From positions 806,001-870,000 of the forward strand of contig CP089279.1 of assembly GCA_023920165.1 (NCBI GenBank): 64,000 nucleotides of DNA. Reading direction: 5' to 3'. Below, one piece after another: positions 11,685 to 23,408 of the stretch (its first letter is position 1; each line of letters opens with the position of its first letter). The position numbers and the translations under genes are program-made. The notes under the pieces are model-generated. The model ran no database searches and had not been told where the DNA came from. It was given only the letters and a program-made list of their open reading frames with translations. This stretch comes from Curvularia clavata (Eukaryota).

Positions 11685-14158
11685 TCATATGGCGCCGACA
11701 GACAACAGAATCTGCACAACAGCTACCGCGACAGCCTCGCTTCCAACTATGAAGCTCGCAATCGAAAACCCATCCTGCAAACTCTTACATACCCCCCATA
11801 CCAGCCCGAATGTGCCTGCAGAAGCGATCCCGAAGAAAAGAACCAAAAAAATGCGTTGAAGGTCTAAGCCTTGCTCCAGATGCATTCCCCATCCAGTGTA
11901 AAAGTCTGGATCTATTCCCGGAGTCGGCCGCTCTCCAACACGCTTTGGAAATTGCCTTAGACAAATGTCGTCTTGAAAGCAATTGATCGGTGAGCTAAAT
12001 CGATGCATGAGAAAGTCGTTGTCCAGTGCAGGTTCACGGTGTGGTTTGCGAGGTTCACATGTGTAGTGTGCAGCGGTTTCCGGTGGCATGTCAGGTTTTA
12101 TTCCGTCGACTTCATAGCGCGGATGTAGGGCAAACTATAAGTTGGTCAGATAGAGGGGAAATATGTATTGCGTGTCTTACTTGGACAAAGCTGATTTTCT
12201 GTATCGTTTGGAAGCTGAATTGTCGATAGGCCCATCCGAACTTTGAGTGATATTCGCGGCGGAACGCTTCAAAGAGGTCGCGGTCACGAGTCATTGTCGA
12301 AACCTGGAGATCGTGGCGGGCTGTCAGGAACCTTTTGACTTTCATGCATAAGAGTATAAAATCTTCTGGAATATTGATGGCGGTAGTGTTGCCTTGAGTC
12401 TGGGTTGCAGGAGATGGCGACGGCCGACTTGATTGTGCTGGTGTGGTCGAAGTGCCTGCAGCTGCACCTGTCGCAACAGGGGCTTTTTGGTTGACACTGG
12501 GGGTGTTACTGCCATTTTTGTTTTGGTTTGAAGATGAAGCCTGATTCGTTGGCTCGGCAGCCGTCTTGAAAGAGGGGCTGCTATCGTTCACTGTGTCTGC
12601 ATTACGATTATGTCTCATGGAGACTGGAGGAGACCATTCTTTATTCCACAGCCATGCAGATGTGCAAACTCGGAGCCATGTATATAAGTTTGCAATGAAA
12701 ATCTGAAGTCTGACTAGTCTCAGATAAGTAGGATTGGGTCCAGACGGGCCGCAGCGTTCTATGAAAGCTTTGATACCGTGATTTTCAAAGACTTTTAGAA
12801 GATCTTGGATTGCGCCAGGCTGTAGCTCGTCATACTGACCGAATCCCACATGTCCACAGCTCTTTCGAAAAGTCAGTGGATAGTACTAGTGTGCTTCCAG
12901 AATGTTTCATAAAATCGGCTCATGCATCACGTGAACCACTTAGAGTAAGGAACCGTCAACCATGGCTAGAAAAGGAGACTTACGCATTTCCAAAACATAT
13001 TATAACGACTACTCCCTGTACCGACAGCTGTCAGTCTTTCAGTCCCTTGGTAAGCTTCGATTTGTGAAATTATCGACCACTTAGTCCACGAACTTTCAGA
13101 ACGGTAGCTTTGAGACGGCTTTCGCGCTGTATTAGCTGCCGGCGCTATGGTTGTTGACGTCTCGACCTCGTTGCTGCTGAGACTATTGCTGCTTAGGCTG
13201 ACCCACAGGCTTTCATTACGGATATATCTGGATCTTGTGTGACTCTTGTAACTCTCATCAGATCTTTCATTTGTTTTCTCCAGCCGCAAGGTCAAGGTCT
13301 GCAGTGGGAGAGTGGCCAAAATGGGATGTATCTTGCTCCAATATATTTTGTCCCCTATGTAAGATTCACCAAGAAGAGTAAAGTATAGCTGAGATTCTGA
13401 CTTTTGAGGGTTCTTGGGACTAAAGGGCCGAACAACTAAGAAAACGAAGTCTTGGGGTGCGAAGAATATCACTTTGAAGACGTTAGATTTACAAGAAACC
13501 AAACGGAAAAAACATGGTTTCACTCACAGTCTCCTTTTTGTATGTTGTGCGGACCAATGCCTAATCTTGATTGCATGGTTGTTTTGAACAATCGATTACC
13601 TAACGTGAGTTCCTTCATCTGTGTAAAGACATAGTCATATGCTTTATCCTGGGGAAAAAGATCTTGCTCGTTGTCGAGTTGAGAGTATGCACTCTCTAGA
13701 AGACGGACAGCACCTTCCATAGACGTACGATGGAGGCTGCGTTCTCCGGGGGGCCAAAGCATCTCCAGAATCTCTTTGATGCTACCAAGATCGATCCACG
13801 ACTTCAAGAATGGGCCACGGACGTACTTTTCTTCTGTGTCCATGTCACTAACATCGCTGATAGAGTCAACAAAGTATGCCGATATCGTTTTGAGGTCGCC
13901 ATCTGTCTTGAACATCAGTTCGCGGTTGAGATATGACCTCCATTCCGGTAAAGCCGTCTTTCCAGGAATTTTCGGTTTTGCCTGGGGCTCCTTTTGCGGT
14001 GTTTTGTATCTACGATCGTGAAGAAGGACACAGAAACGAAAAAGAAACGACACGCCGAAAACAAGACAGTAGAAGTAAATGCCTCGAACGCCGCTCCAAG
14101 AGATTAATAGAAAGACGAATACATAACATAAGTTATGAACAACTGCGAATTTGACCAT
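11685..14158 (-). CDS. Hypothetical membrane protein, 4 exons (introns 13472-13527, 12862-12983, 12135-12180)
   Basis: Three canonical introns with branch sites join four track ORFs in frame (..GD|LIFFAPQ.., ..FWKC|SCGHVG.., ..FVQ|FALHPRY..). Hydrophobic segments at both termini. Confidence 0.72.
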
Positions 14159-14865
14159 GGTAGTGGTAGAGCATGAGGAGAAGACGTGGGTGGGGGACGT
14201 AGGTTTATGTTCTCAGCTGGCTAGACCTTTGGAGCCTGCGCCACAAGTGTCTCGAATAGGTCTGAGACAGAGCGCAAGGCGTTCTCAGCCTCACGCCTCA
14301 CACCTCATAAGGCAGACCCCAATAGCGCTTGCTTCAGCAAACAGGTTCTCGACACACTTGAGAAGCGTTTAGTGAGGTACATACCTATTATATCCTCTAT
14401 TCAAAATCCACCCAATCCAATCAATACAGATCAACAACCTAGCAACACAATAATCAGATAAACAAGTCAATCACCTCTCCTAGAATCCACAATCCCAACA
14501 CCAGCACAGACTTTGATTATGCTATCTAAACAAATTACTCTAACTACACCCCCTTTGCGAGAAAACGCACAAAATCCACAACACCCGACTACGCCACCAT
14601 GCATCGTTTTCAAAGCATAAGCCGCCACCCCCACCCAATCCCATCCCCAACGCCTTCGCACAAACAAACAAACCACCCTCTCTATCATTGGTATCTAAAT
14701 TCCAATTATACACATACCCATATGATTCCCCCTCCCTCCACTGCAAAACCCCTTGTTTGGGAAAAAAGCAACAGTCCAAAGAGTATGAAAAGCCTTTACT
14801 TTGAAGACCGAAAAAAAGATGTTATATTTCCACTTTACCAACACTAATCATTCAACCATTACTCA

Positions 14866-17800
14866 CTACTCCAACCCGGCCCCTGTTCCCCTTCTCCCGC
14901 CCATGTTCTGTCTTCCGCCAGCAGTACTAAAACTCTCCCTGTGCCTCGCCATCCCCCCAGCTGCATTCCCAGTAGCCCCATGCATCAAATCCAAATCCAC
15001 GGGCGTCCCCGCTCCGAGCGCAAACCCGTATGCTTCCGGTCCCTGAGCACCAAATACGGCCTCATCGCCCAGACTATGTTGTGCCGGGGGCTCGACATTA
15101 AACGGAACAAAGTAGCTGCTCATGGGATCGAAGAAGTTCGTGTTGTTGGGCCCGAGGCCGAGCGTGTCGAGGTTCCAGTATGCGTTGTGGAAGTCGGTGG
15201 CTAGGTCGGGGAAGGGGGATAGAGTCGAGGAAGAAGGATCGAGCTGGTGGTGCGTGTTGTGAGAGGGGTGAATGAGCGAAGGGGAGGTGTTGAGGAGAGG
15301 GAGGGACGAGTGTTGGTGGGAGGTGAAGTCGGCGAGGAATTGTTGCGAGGTGGATTGTGGTTGTTGCTGTTGTTGGTGCTGGAGGTAGAGGTTGACTGAG
15401 TCGTAGCCGGCGGCCATGGCGCCTTGGATGTCTTCTGCTGTGAACAGGGTGGTTGGTTCCATGCGCTGCTGTGTTTGCATGTGCGCGGCGGAGTTTTGCT
15501 GGGAGCGGTTGCTGTGTTGCTGCATCCGTGGGTCGGGTTTCGAGATTGACTTTGTCTTATTTCTCCGCGCTTGCTTGCGATGGTAATCTGATTTTGATGG
15601 TGGTGACAGCGATGCGAAGAATTCTTCCACGCTCTGCAGGTCGCTCTTGTGTCCCAGAACTGCGTCGGTACCTGGCTCCTTTTGACTTGATTCGGCGGCA
15701 TCTTCGTAATCCGTCTTTGATACGCCATGTGGATATCTGTCGAACCAATCTCCATACTGAAAGATGTTACCCTTGTTCTCACCACTAGCACTGGGTCCCT
15801 TGAGCTGCGCGTCGGCGTGTTGTCGATACAATTCTTTGAGATTCTCCGCAATGTAGTGGAACATGCCCCAGTATTTCTTCATTTTTGTCAGGTACTTGAC
15901 ATTGTATGCCAGGTACTTTTTCGATTGCGCTTCCAGCTTTGGGTTTTTGGAGAAAACGCCATGGACATGTACGGTGGAGGAGAAAAAGGCCGAATATCCA
16001 GCAAATGGGGCAACAACATTATGGTCCATGGCTTCGTTGATGAGAATCGAGATTTGGTTCGCGGCGTCGAGTGCAGCTCGGGCGGATTCTGTTAAAAAGT
16101 CATGCGGCATGTCCTTGGGTGGTCTGCTTCCAGCGGTAGAAGGCAGCGCAAACCGATGCATGAAGAGCATGATTTGCTGCCATAATATGTGAAGGTAGAG
16201 GAAGGAATTGGCCGTCCTTCCAATAGCATGGCTCTTGAGATTCTCGGGGCTGTATACGAGCATCTCCGGCAATGCCGCTTTAAAGTCCTTGGCTTCTTGT
16301 TTGATAGCATGGAATGTTGACCCTGGAGACCACATGGTATCTGCCTCGCGTTCCTTGCCACCCAGGTTCATGTACTTGATAAGCTTGCCCCATGTGCAGA
16401 CCAATCTGATGGTATATGCCGAGACGCCCATGTTGTCGCGAGGGTTTGAAAGCTGTCCACTGTCAGGGGGAACCGGGTTGGGCACATTTCCCTCGAGATT
16501 CTCTGTCGGCGCATGTATTTCGTGGATGTAAAGATGCTCCTTAACCGGTAATTGCACCTCGATGTACTGTTCGTGGACGAAAATCGGTCGGTCGGAGCCG
16601 GAAGAATTGAAGCGATCCATCAAAAAGCAAGACCACATTGTCCGCCGCCGTATTTCCTTGTCGGTCGCACTCAGGGGTTGCCGGTCGGATTCGCTGACCA
16701 GCGGGTCGTACTCGTTCTCCTTGTGCAACTGCAGTGCATATGCCATTCTTTGTGCCATACCACCAAACATCCAACTCCGTCCGCCCTGACATGTGCCGAA
16801 TTCGTGCAGTCCAAGCAACAGATAGACTATTAAAATGGTGATGTTAGGTGAATCGTATCGTTTTAAAGAAATTTCCCGCGCCCGCTCTGCCCAATTGTCT
16901 CCGCGCAGAAAACAGGGTTCTGTCCGTAGTTGCGGATGGTTTGAGAATCGGGCTGAAATGGCACAAATTGCGAGGATTAGTACAGGCGGAACCTTGCCCG
17001 CAGCCAGTTTCCGCATGAAACTTGGCTTGTGAAGAAGGGGATAACTCTGGCCGTAGACATAGTCAAAATATACCTCTGCCAAATGCTCTTGTATTTCTTT
17101 TGATGGCAGACTCTCTGCACCCTCTGTGAGAAGTTTGTTTTCGTCTGATTCTTTACTACGTGTGGTTGAGCCGGCAGTGTTTGGATCCGCGCCTCGTGCC
17201 CTGGACCACTCGTCCAGTTCATTGCCAAAGGCCTCTTCTGCGGGGCGTTTCTTGGTAGTCGGTGTTTTGGGTGGGGCGCCGGGGATAGCGGGCTTAACAA
17301 CAGATCTACCCACATTGGCAACCGAAGGCAGACTTTCTTTTGGGATGAGCTTAATGACACGATCCTCCATGCGCTTCAGTCTCTTGTCTAGCATGGCCAT
17401 ATAGTCTGTCCTCGGCGCTGCTTTTCTTGTCGTGACCTTGTATACGCAAGGTATCCTGCTGCGTAGACAGTGCTTGCAGGCTGGCTTTTCGCCTGAGCAG
17501 CGAATCTTCTTCCTTCGGCAGGCAATGCAAGCCAGTGGTAGCCTTTTTCGCTCTTTGCCGGCCTTTGTTTTCATTTCGCTCCATAGTGGCGGATCCTGAA
17601 CATCGTCTTTGCTGCGTTTGGAAGTGGTAGATTGGTCTGCGCCGTTGGATCCGGGTGCTGAGGCGTCCTTCATAGTATCGCCCATGGCGAACATACCCAG
17701 GGCGGCTTGGGCACTCTCTGGGCTGGTGTGATTTCCGTCGTGACCGGGACTTCCGGTGACACTCATTCTATTTAGGTGGGCGCTGCTGCTACCGCCACCG

Positions 17801-18090
17801 CTCATATCTGCGTCGCTCATGTTGCCAACACTACCTCTGTGATTGGCAAAGCCGGGCTCCATCTTGGGCTGCAGGCCGTCAAAGCTGGAACCAAAACCGT
17901 GGGCGTGTGCAAACGTCATGTCATAGTCGGCCAGAGAAGCCATCATGTTTGCGGGACTGGTGCCGACCGTGTTTGGCGAGGCTCGGAACTCAGTGAGACC
18001 GTACTCGCTCAGCATGAGCGAATCGTCGGCGTCGAAGGGCGGACGTGAAGGCTGGGCTACGGAGGCAGCGGTGGCGCCGTTGTCGGCCAT
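14866..18090 (-). CDS. Zn(II)2Cys6 transcription factor with fungal-specific TF domain (Prf/VAD-3-like)
   Basis: 1074 aa single ORF; ACIACRRKKIRCSGEKPACKHCLRSRIPCVY; central EIRRRTMWSCFLMDR homology region; Q-rich C-terminus. Family name is from recall and not verified. Confidence 0.92.
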   Translation of the reverse strand: MADNGATAASVAQPSRPPFDADDSLMLSEYGLTEFRASPNTVGTSPANMMASLADYDMTFAHAHGFGSSFDGLQPKMEPGFANHRGSVGNMSDADMSGGGSSSAHLNRMSVTGSPGHDGNHTSPESAQAALGMFAMGDTMKDASAPGSNGADQSTTSKRSKDDVQDPPLWSEMKTKAGKERKRLPLACIACRRKKIRCSGEKPACKHCLRSRIPCVYKVTTRKAAPRTDYMAMLDKRLKRMEDRVIKLIPKESLPSVANVGRSVVKPAIPGAPPKTPTTKKRPAEEAFGNELDEWSRARGADPNTAGSTTRSKESDENKLLTEGAESLPSKEIQEHLAEVYFDYVYGQSYPLLHKPSFMRKLAAGKVPPVLILAICAISARFSNHPQLRTEPCFLRGDNWAERAREISLKRYDSPNITILIVYLLLGLHEFGTCQGGRSWMFGGMAQRMAYALQLHKENEYDPLVSESDRQPLSATDKEIRRRTMWSCFLMDRFNSSGSDRPIFVHEQYIEVQLPVKEHLYIHEIHAPTENLEGNVPNPVPPDSGQLSNPRDNMGVSAYTIRLVCTWGKLIKYMNLGGKEREADTMWSPGSTFHAIKQEAKDFKAALPEMLVYSPENLKSHAIGRTANSFLYLHILWQQIMLFMHRFALPSTAGSRPPKDMPHDFLTESARAALDAANQISILINEAMDHNVVAPFAGYSAFFSSTVHVHGVFSKNPKLEAQSKKYLAYNVKYLTKMKKYWGMFHYIAENLKELYRQHADAQLKGPSASGENKGNIFQYGDWFDRYPHGVSKTDYEDAAESSQKEPGTDAVLGHKSDLQSVEEFFASLSPPSKSDYHRKQARRNKTKSISKPDPRMQQHSNRSQQNSAAHMQTQQRMEPTTLFTAEDIQGAMAAGYDSVNLYLQHQQQQQPQSTSQQFLADFTSHQHSSLPLLNTSPSLIHPSHNTHHQLDPSSSTLSPFPDLATDFHNAYWNLDTLGLGPNNTNFFDPMSSYFVPFNVEPPAQHSLGDEAVFGAQGPEAYGFALGAGTPVDLDLMHGATGNAAGGMARHRESFSTAGGRQNMGGRRGTGAGLE

Positions 18091-18712
18091 GACTGTCTTT
18101 TGCGACGAATGCGCCTTTGGCTTTGCCTCTTCGCGTTGTTGCGCAGAGCCGAGGCAATGTCACATTAGTGTTCCAAAACTTGGGCCGAGCTGGACAGGAT
18201 AGTAACAGGTCATGTGAGCGTGAACATGGCAGGCCGAAGCAACATTGTACGACGAGTGTATGCGTGTGTATGCAGTATGTATGAAACGGGCGTTTGTGTC
18301 GGAACAACGGACAAGGAGATTTTGGAGGCAGATGGGGAGGCTCCGACTTCTCCACAGGATAGTCACGGCCCTTTCCTGCAAAGCCAGTGGGGCGCTAGCT
18401 TTGTATATCAGAGCAGGGCCTGCAGTATGTGGGGAGGAGAAGAGAGAGAGGAACGTCAGCACGCGGCGCAAACTGGTGGGCAGAGCAATCACAGCACTCG
18501 ACGGCCAGGCTGGCTGGGCAAGGGGAGGCGGGCGGCGCTTTGCAGAAGCAGGAAACGAGGTGCACAATGACGGTGAGCCATGTAATGGACAAACGACGCA
18601 GCCAACACGTTAGCAGCAACGAGGCAAAGGCGGGAGCTGCGGCCCTGTCTCACTGTCGGTACGGCGGCTGGTCGCTGCGTTCGGTCCTATGATGCCGCGC
18701 TCTCCCATCATC

Positions 18713-18751
18713 AGCATTGTCGTCGTCGTCGTCGTCGTCGTTGTCATCGTC
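18713..18751. repeat. Imperfect (GTC/GAC)n trinucleotide microsatellite
   Basis: ttgtcgtcgtcgtcgtcgtcgtcgttgtcatcgtcg. Confidence 0.8.
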
Positions 18752-20640
18752 GCCTGGGGCTGAAACGCCATGCTCCTTTACTGGGACTCCAGGGTCTCTG
18801 AATGTGAGGCTCGATGCAGACTGGTTGGTGGTCGGGTAGAGAGGCCACTGGCCGCACGTTGGCCGGATGCGAGGGCGCCATGATGCTTTGGGGCTTCCCC
18901 ACATGGCTGCGTTGTGGACTAGCGGGCGGTTGATTACTCAGGCATCACCAAGCAGCCTGGTTCTGGTCCGAGTCCCCCTGTCCGCGCCCGGGCGATCATT
19001 CAATTCGCAATCCCTCTTAGACAATCTCATTACTCGCTCTCTCGACGACAATCTTTCCCATGCAATCACAGCCGCCCAGTATGTCACCAGCACATACATA
19101 CTATGTTCCTTCGTTAACGCGGATGCTGTCTTCCTACTACGCCTAGCTCCATCTCTCAGCCCCAGACGCCCAACCCGTGACCAGCCAACACATGGACGCC
19201 TATTTGCTCTGGCTGCCTGGTCAGCTACTCGACTCCCTACATCTAGGCAGAAACCCTCGATTCAAACTCAACCACTCACTCCAATCGGAGCCGAACCCCG
19301 TCATAGCCGTCCAGTTTGGTGCGGGGCCTAGCCCACCGTCGCCCGCCATGCCCTGCCCTGCCGCCACCAGCACAGCCCGTCCCTATGGTAGACATGCACA
19401 CCTCGACCCAGACAACAGGCGAACATGACCATCGAGCCACGTGAATATCTGCACCGGTTTTCCTTTTTGCCAGCCACCAAACTCTATTGCATACAAGGCC
19501 AAATGACCCTTACGCCTTACATACATACTCCTATTCATAATGCCTGAATACCCCGCAAATCCCATATTATTTTCCGATTCGACCAGCAAATACCCTTTTG
19601 CTGTATCAGGAGACGACTTCCCCCCCTCCTTCTCATTGCTCTTTTCTGCCTATAATGGAATCTTCCGAGACCTACTAGGGGCGCACATCCACGTGTCGAA
19701 CTAACCATGCCAATGCTAACGAGCCGTTCCTCGAGGGTGCTTCTAGGTCTTGACTTGCCAAGCCTTTTACGTGGAATCCTACTCCATAGATACTTTTAAC
19801 GTTTTCGAACACGTGACAATATGGATGCGGACTTCCTATCTCACTTGAAGCCTTTTTTATCGATTTTTTTTTCGCGCGCCCAGAGTAAAAAAAGTGGATG
19901 GGATAACCCCCGTTGTACCCTCTTTCTAGTGGAGAGTGGGGAGTTTGAATAGCGTGCGTGCGCGCGTGCCTGTCGCAGATAGCGAGGAACTCAACTGCTC
20001 CTCGGAGTATGCAATACGGTCAATCCCCCTTTTTTTTGCTCTTGGTTCTCCCATCTCTCCCTTTCTCGGATCATGGCGTCGAACAAGCATCTTCCTGCGT
20101 GGCGTTGCATTCCAACAACGTGGCCAATCTAGCATAGATTGCCCAAGACACCTTTTTTCCTTCCCTGCCATGTGCTTCCCGTTCGTCCGTCGTGGCGCAG
20201 CATACACAGACTGGGATTGCAATCCTAGAGGGTGTTGGCTGCGGGTCAAGCCAATGGGGTTGTCTTCCGTGGTTACATATGGACCCATGTGTTGTTCAAT
20301 CTTGTATGTGGGCCTCTGGTAGGTGACGTGCAGGAATACGACATTGTGGATCAGAGTGTCAGAGTAGAAGGCACACGATAGTTTGTCGCAGTGAAATGTA
20401 TTTTGTTTTGGATGAGTTTGTGCATTGATTGACCGTTTGATTGAGTTATTGAGCCATGAAAGAAAAAAAAGAGGAGAAGAAAGGCGGCGGCTAAAAAGCA
20501 CCGTCAAGGACAGAAGCTCAGCAACAAGTACGCGGGGCAGTTGTTCCCATCTCAAGGAGCGTAGAGTCCTGCTCATAACTCGCCCTTGTTATTTTAGAGT
20601 ATTCTAGAGCATTGCGGGTTGTACCACCACAAGTTGACCA

Positions 20641-21272
20641 TCATTCCTTGGCTGCTTCAACTTCAACTGCACGTGGGTAGTTGGAGTAGGACGAGTATGG
20701 ACTATGTTGGAAGCAGCCAGCATGTCAGCAAGAGTCAAATTTGAGTGAGAAAGGAAGAGGTGGACCTACTTATACGACTTGTAACTGAAGTCTTTGGAAG
20801 CATGCTCAGTCTCCATCACAACAGACATGTCCCGCTTCTTTGTCACGTCTGCCTCCCCAGCAGTGTGCATAATCAACTCCTTTGGCATAGCCATGACCAT
20901 GTCGCGCTTCATATTGTCCGCTTTCATAGCTTCAGCCTCAACTGCTGCTCCATAAATACAATAGGGCGAGTACGTTCCGTATCCTCTCTTCTGCGTGACG
21001 CGAGATTCTGCCATCTTGGCCTCCATGGCCACAGGGTACGGCGTGTATGAGGTGTAGCATGAGTACCCGCGCTTGGTGAGAGATATGGCGGCTGTCTGGG
21101 CCTCCTCTACTGAAGGATAGTTGCCATATGAAAAGTAGTAGGTACCATAGTTTCCGTAACTCTGTACTTGAGGCTGACTCGTCTCACGCTTCACGGAGGA
21201 GTCCATGCTTCTGCCCAGCGGAGCAGCGACTGCAAGGGCAGCGAGAGCTGCAATGATGCCAGCAATATGCAT
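20641..21272 (-). CDS. Secreted Kex2-processed repeat protein, putative RiPP precursor, 187 aa; intron 20702-20769
   Basis: Signal peptide MHIAGIIAALAALAVAAP, several KR sites and four Tyr-periodic units: SYGNYGTYYFSYGNYP, GYSCYTSYTPYP, GYGTYSPYCIYG, SYKSYNPYSSYSNYP. The last is restored by a GTAGGT...GCTGAC...TAG intron. Confidence 0.85.
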
Positions 21273-22263
21273 GGTGGTGGACGTCGAAAAAGCAGTGTAC
21301 GGCAGAAAGTAAGGGATGGATTTGATTCGGAAATGCTGCTTGTACAAGTCGTGATGGTGCGATGAATATGCTGCGAAAGCGACCCTTTTGTATACACCCG
21401 CGTTTACTCTGTCATCCAGAACATCTGGACATGTTCGACAATTTCGGGGATGTAACATCGTGTCTCGTCTGGTCATGACATTGCTGTGCTGGCTTGATTC
21501 TGCCGTCAGCTCAGCAATCACATATCGAAAAACCTGCAATCTTGTACCAACAATGTTACCTCATGTTACGCACGGGTCTTTCTATGATTAAGTCAACCCA
21601 TTGTATCGGGAGAACGCGATCCGGAATATTAGAACAGTGTACCTGGTACGTATGTAGAACAAACATTTTGTGCTCGGTACTGTGAAATCTGCCTTTGGTA
21701 TGACGAGGAAAGTCGGAACACGAGTGGGGTTGTGTGTTGAGCCCAGAAAGGGAGCAAGATGTCTTGAAACAGTGCTACGAGGGTTGGGCTACATGACAAT
21801 TCGACTGGTTTCAATAGCATAACGTAGCCACTGTGATGAAGACACTATATCCTAAACAAACTGTGCGTGATGATGTGGCTGGTCGAATAAATCGAGACAG
21901 GGTGTTTGATAACACCGCTCGGCAGTGACTAGTTTGACTTGGAATGTTTGTTCAATGTTGCACCATCACCGTCAGTACGCAGTGGGCAATGCTCGAGATC
22001 AGCCTATGTCAGTGAAACTGCACTCATCATCTTTGGCCTTTGTGTGCCAACTTGTTTGAGAAGTTTGTCAACTGTTGCAGTGCTACCGTCTGTCCCACAC
22101 GGTTACTCCGTAGTACTGACTGATTCGTACAGTCGATAGTACTCGGGAGTAGGTGGGACATTGCAGTATTAGATGATCCTACTAGGAAGCTTTGGAATTT
22201 TATGTGCTCCATGCCACCATCAGAGTAATATCTTCATTAATCTTCTGGCTCATACTTGGGCAA

Positions 22264-23384
22264 ATGCATACTCCTTTCGCTATGTTGAAGATATTTAGCA
22301 ACCGCCCTAGCCGTACTCGCCTATCTCAAGACTCTGAGAGCCAAGATGGCTTGCTGCCTACCTCTACAGCGTCACCACCCCTCAAGCACACTGCTTCGGA
22401 TCACTCGAGGCGTGACGTCTGGATCGCTGTAAGGACACACGTGCTGTGTACTGTTGCATATGTATGCGCTACGCTGTGGATGACATTTCACATACGCAGA
22501 ACTACACCCGTAGCTGATCCTGACAAATTCTGCATCCATCATGTCTCGCAATTCTGTAAGTGTAGAGGAAGAGAGGCCGGACGTAGTTGCTGACCTCCGT
22601 AGCTCCTGTTGTCAGAGACGTGAAGCCCAACTGGCACACACAAACATTCAACGGAAGCTTTTTGCACCAGAACATCTACCGGCAAGCGGCAGGCCCAGAA
22701 GTCGACGCGGCTTGGGATGCGCTTGGTATAAATTGTGAGTATCAATGATGTATGAAGATGCTTGTTTTAACGAATGCCAAAGACCGAAGCGTGGTGATTG
22801 CAGAGACCGAAGCAGAACAAACAGGACTGCGCCATGACCAAGTCAAAGTCAGCCAGGAGTACGGGGGTGGCTTCCCAGCCAATGTCGAAGGCTTGCATCA
22901 TCTGCATTGCTTGGCAAGTAGCAAAGTCTGATTCAACCAGGAATTGATACTGATTGCTTGGAGGATCTCCTTCGCAAGACGTTGCATTGGAACTACGACT
23001 ACTGTCTGGCGCAAAAGCAAGGCGCCTTCTTGAACAGCGAACATATCGTGCGTGTGCACACGACACACTGCCTGGATACTCTAAGACAGGTCCTCATGTG
23101 CGTCTAGGATGGCCCACTGCTCAAGCGACGACTGACCAACTAACGACTATCGTTGTAGGTGCAACCCCGATGTGGGCGTACTGGGCCAGGTATGGTGGCA
23201 GCCCGAGAACGAGCCAGAGCCGATGCCGTTTGTTGACTTCAACACGAGGCATCGGTGTCGCGACTATGAGGCTATACGGAGATGGGCAGAGGCACACCAA
23301 CTGCCGCCAGAAACGGAGGTGGATATGCAGCGCTTCTACGAGAAACCGAAGGCGGGAGACACAATCTTGAGAGAGATCCCATGA
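22264..23384 (+). CDS. DUF3328/UstYa-family oxidase; introns 22556-22602, 22735-22782, 22914-22963 (GC-AG), 23098-23158; start could instead be the ATG at 22282
   Basis: N-terminal TM helix, PEVDAAWDALG, GGGFPANVEGLHHLHCL, HTTHCLDTLRQVLMCNPD and FNTRHRCRDYEAIRRWA. Both HxxHC motifs are intact after splicing. Confidence 0.92.
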
Positions 23385-23408
23385 AGGCATGAGGGGGCGC
23401 TGGGGTAT

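Noticed and set aside
19926..20576. 216-aa minus-strand ORF upstream of the large Zn2Cys6 gene
   Set aside because: No recognisable motif, and it runs through homopolymer and low-complexity tracts typical of UTR or promoter DNA.
21273..21539. 89-aa N-terminal extension of the repeat precursor in the ORF track
   Set aside because: It starts at a non-ATG codon and would bury the signal peptide. The ATG at 21272 has a good CACCATG context.
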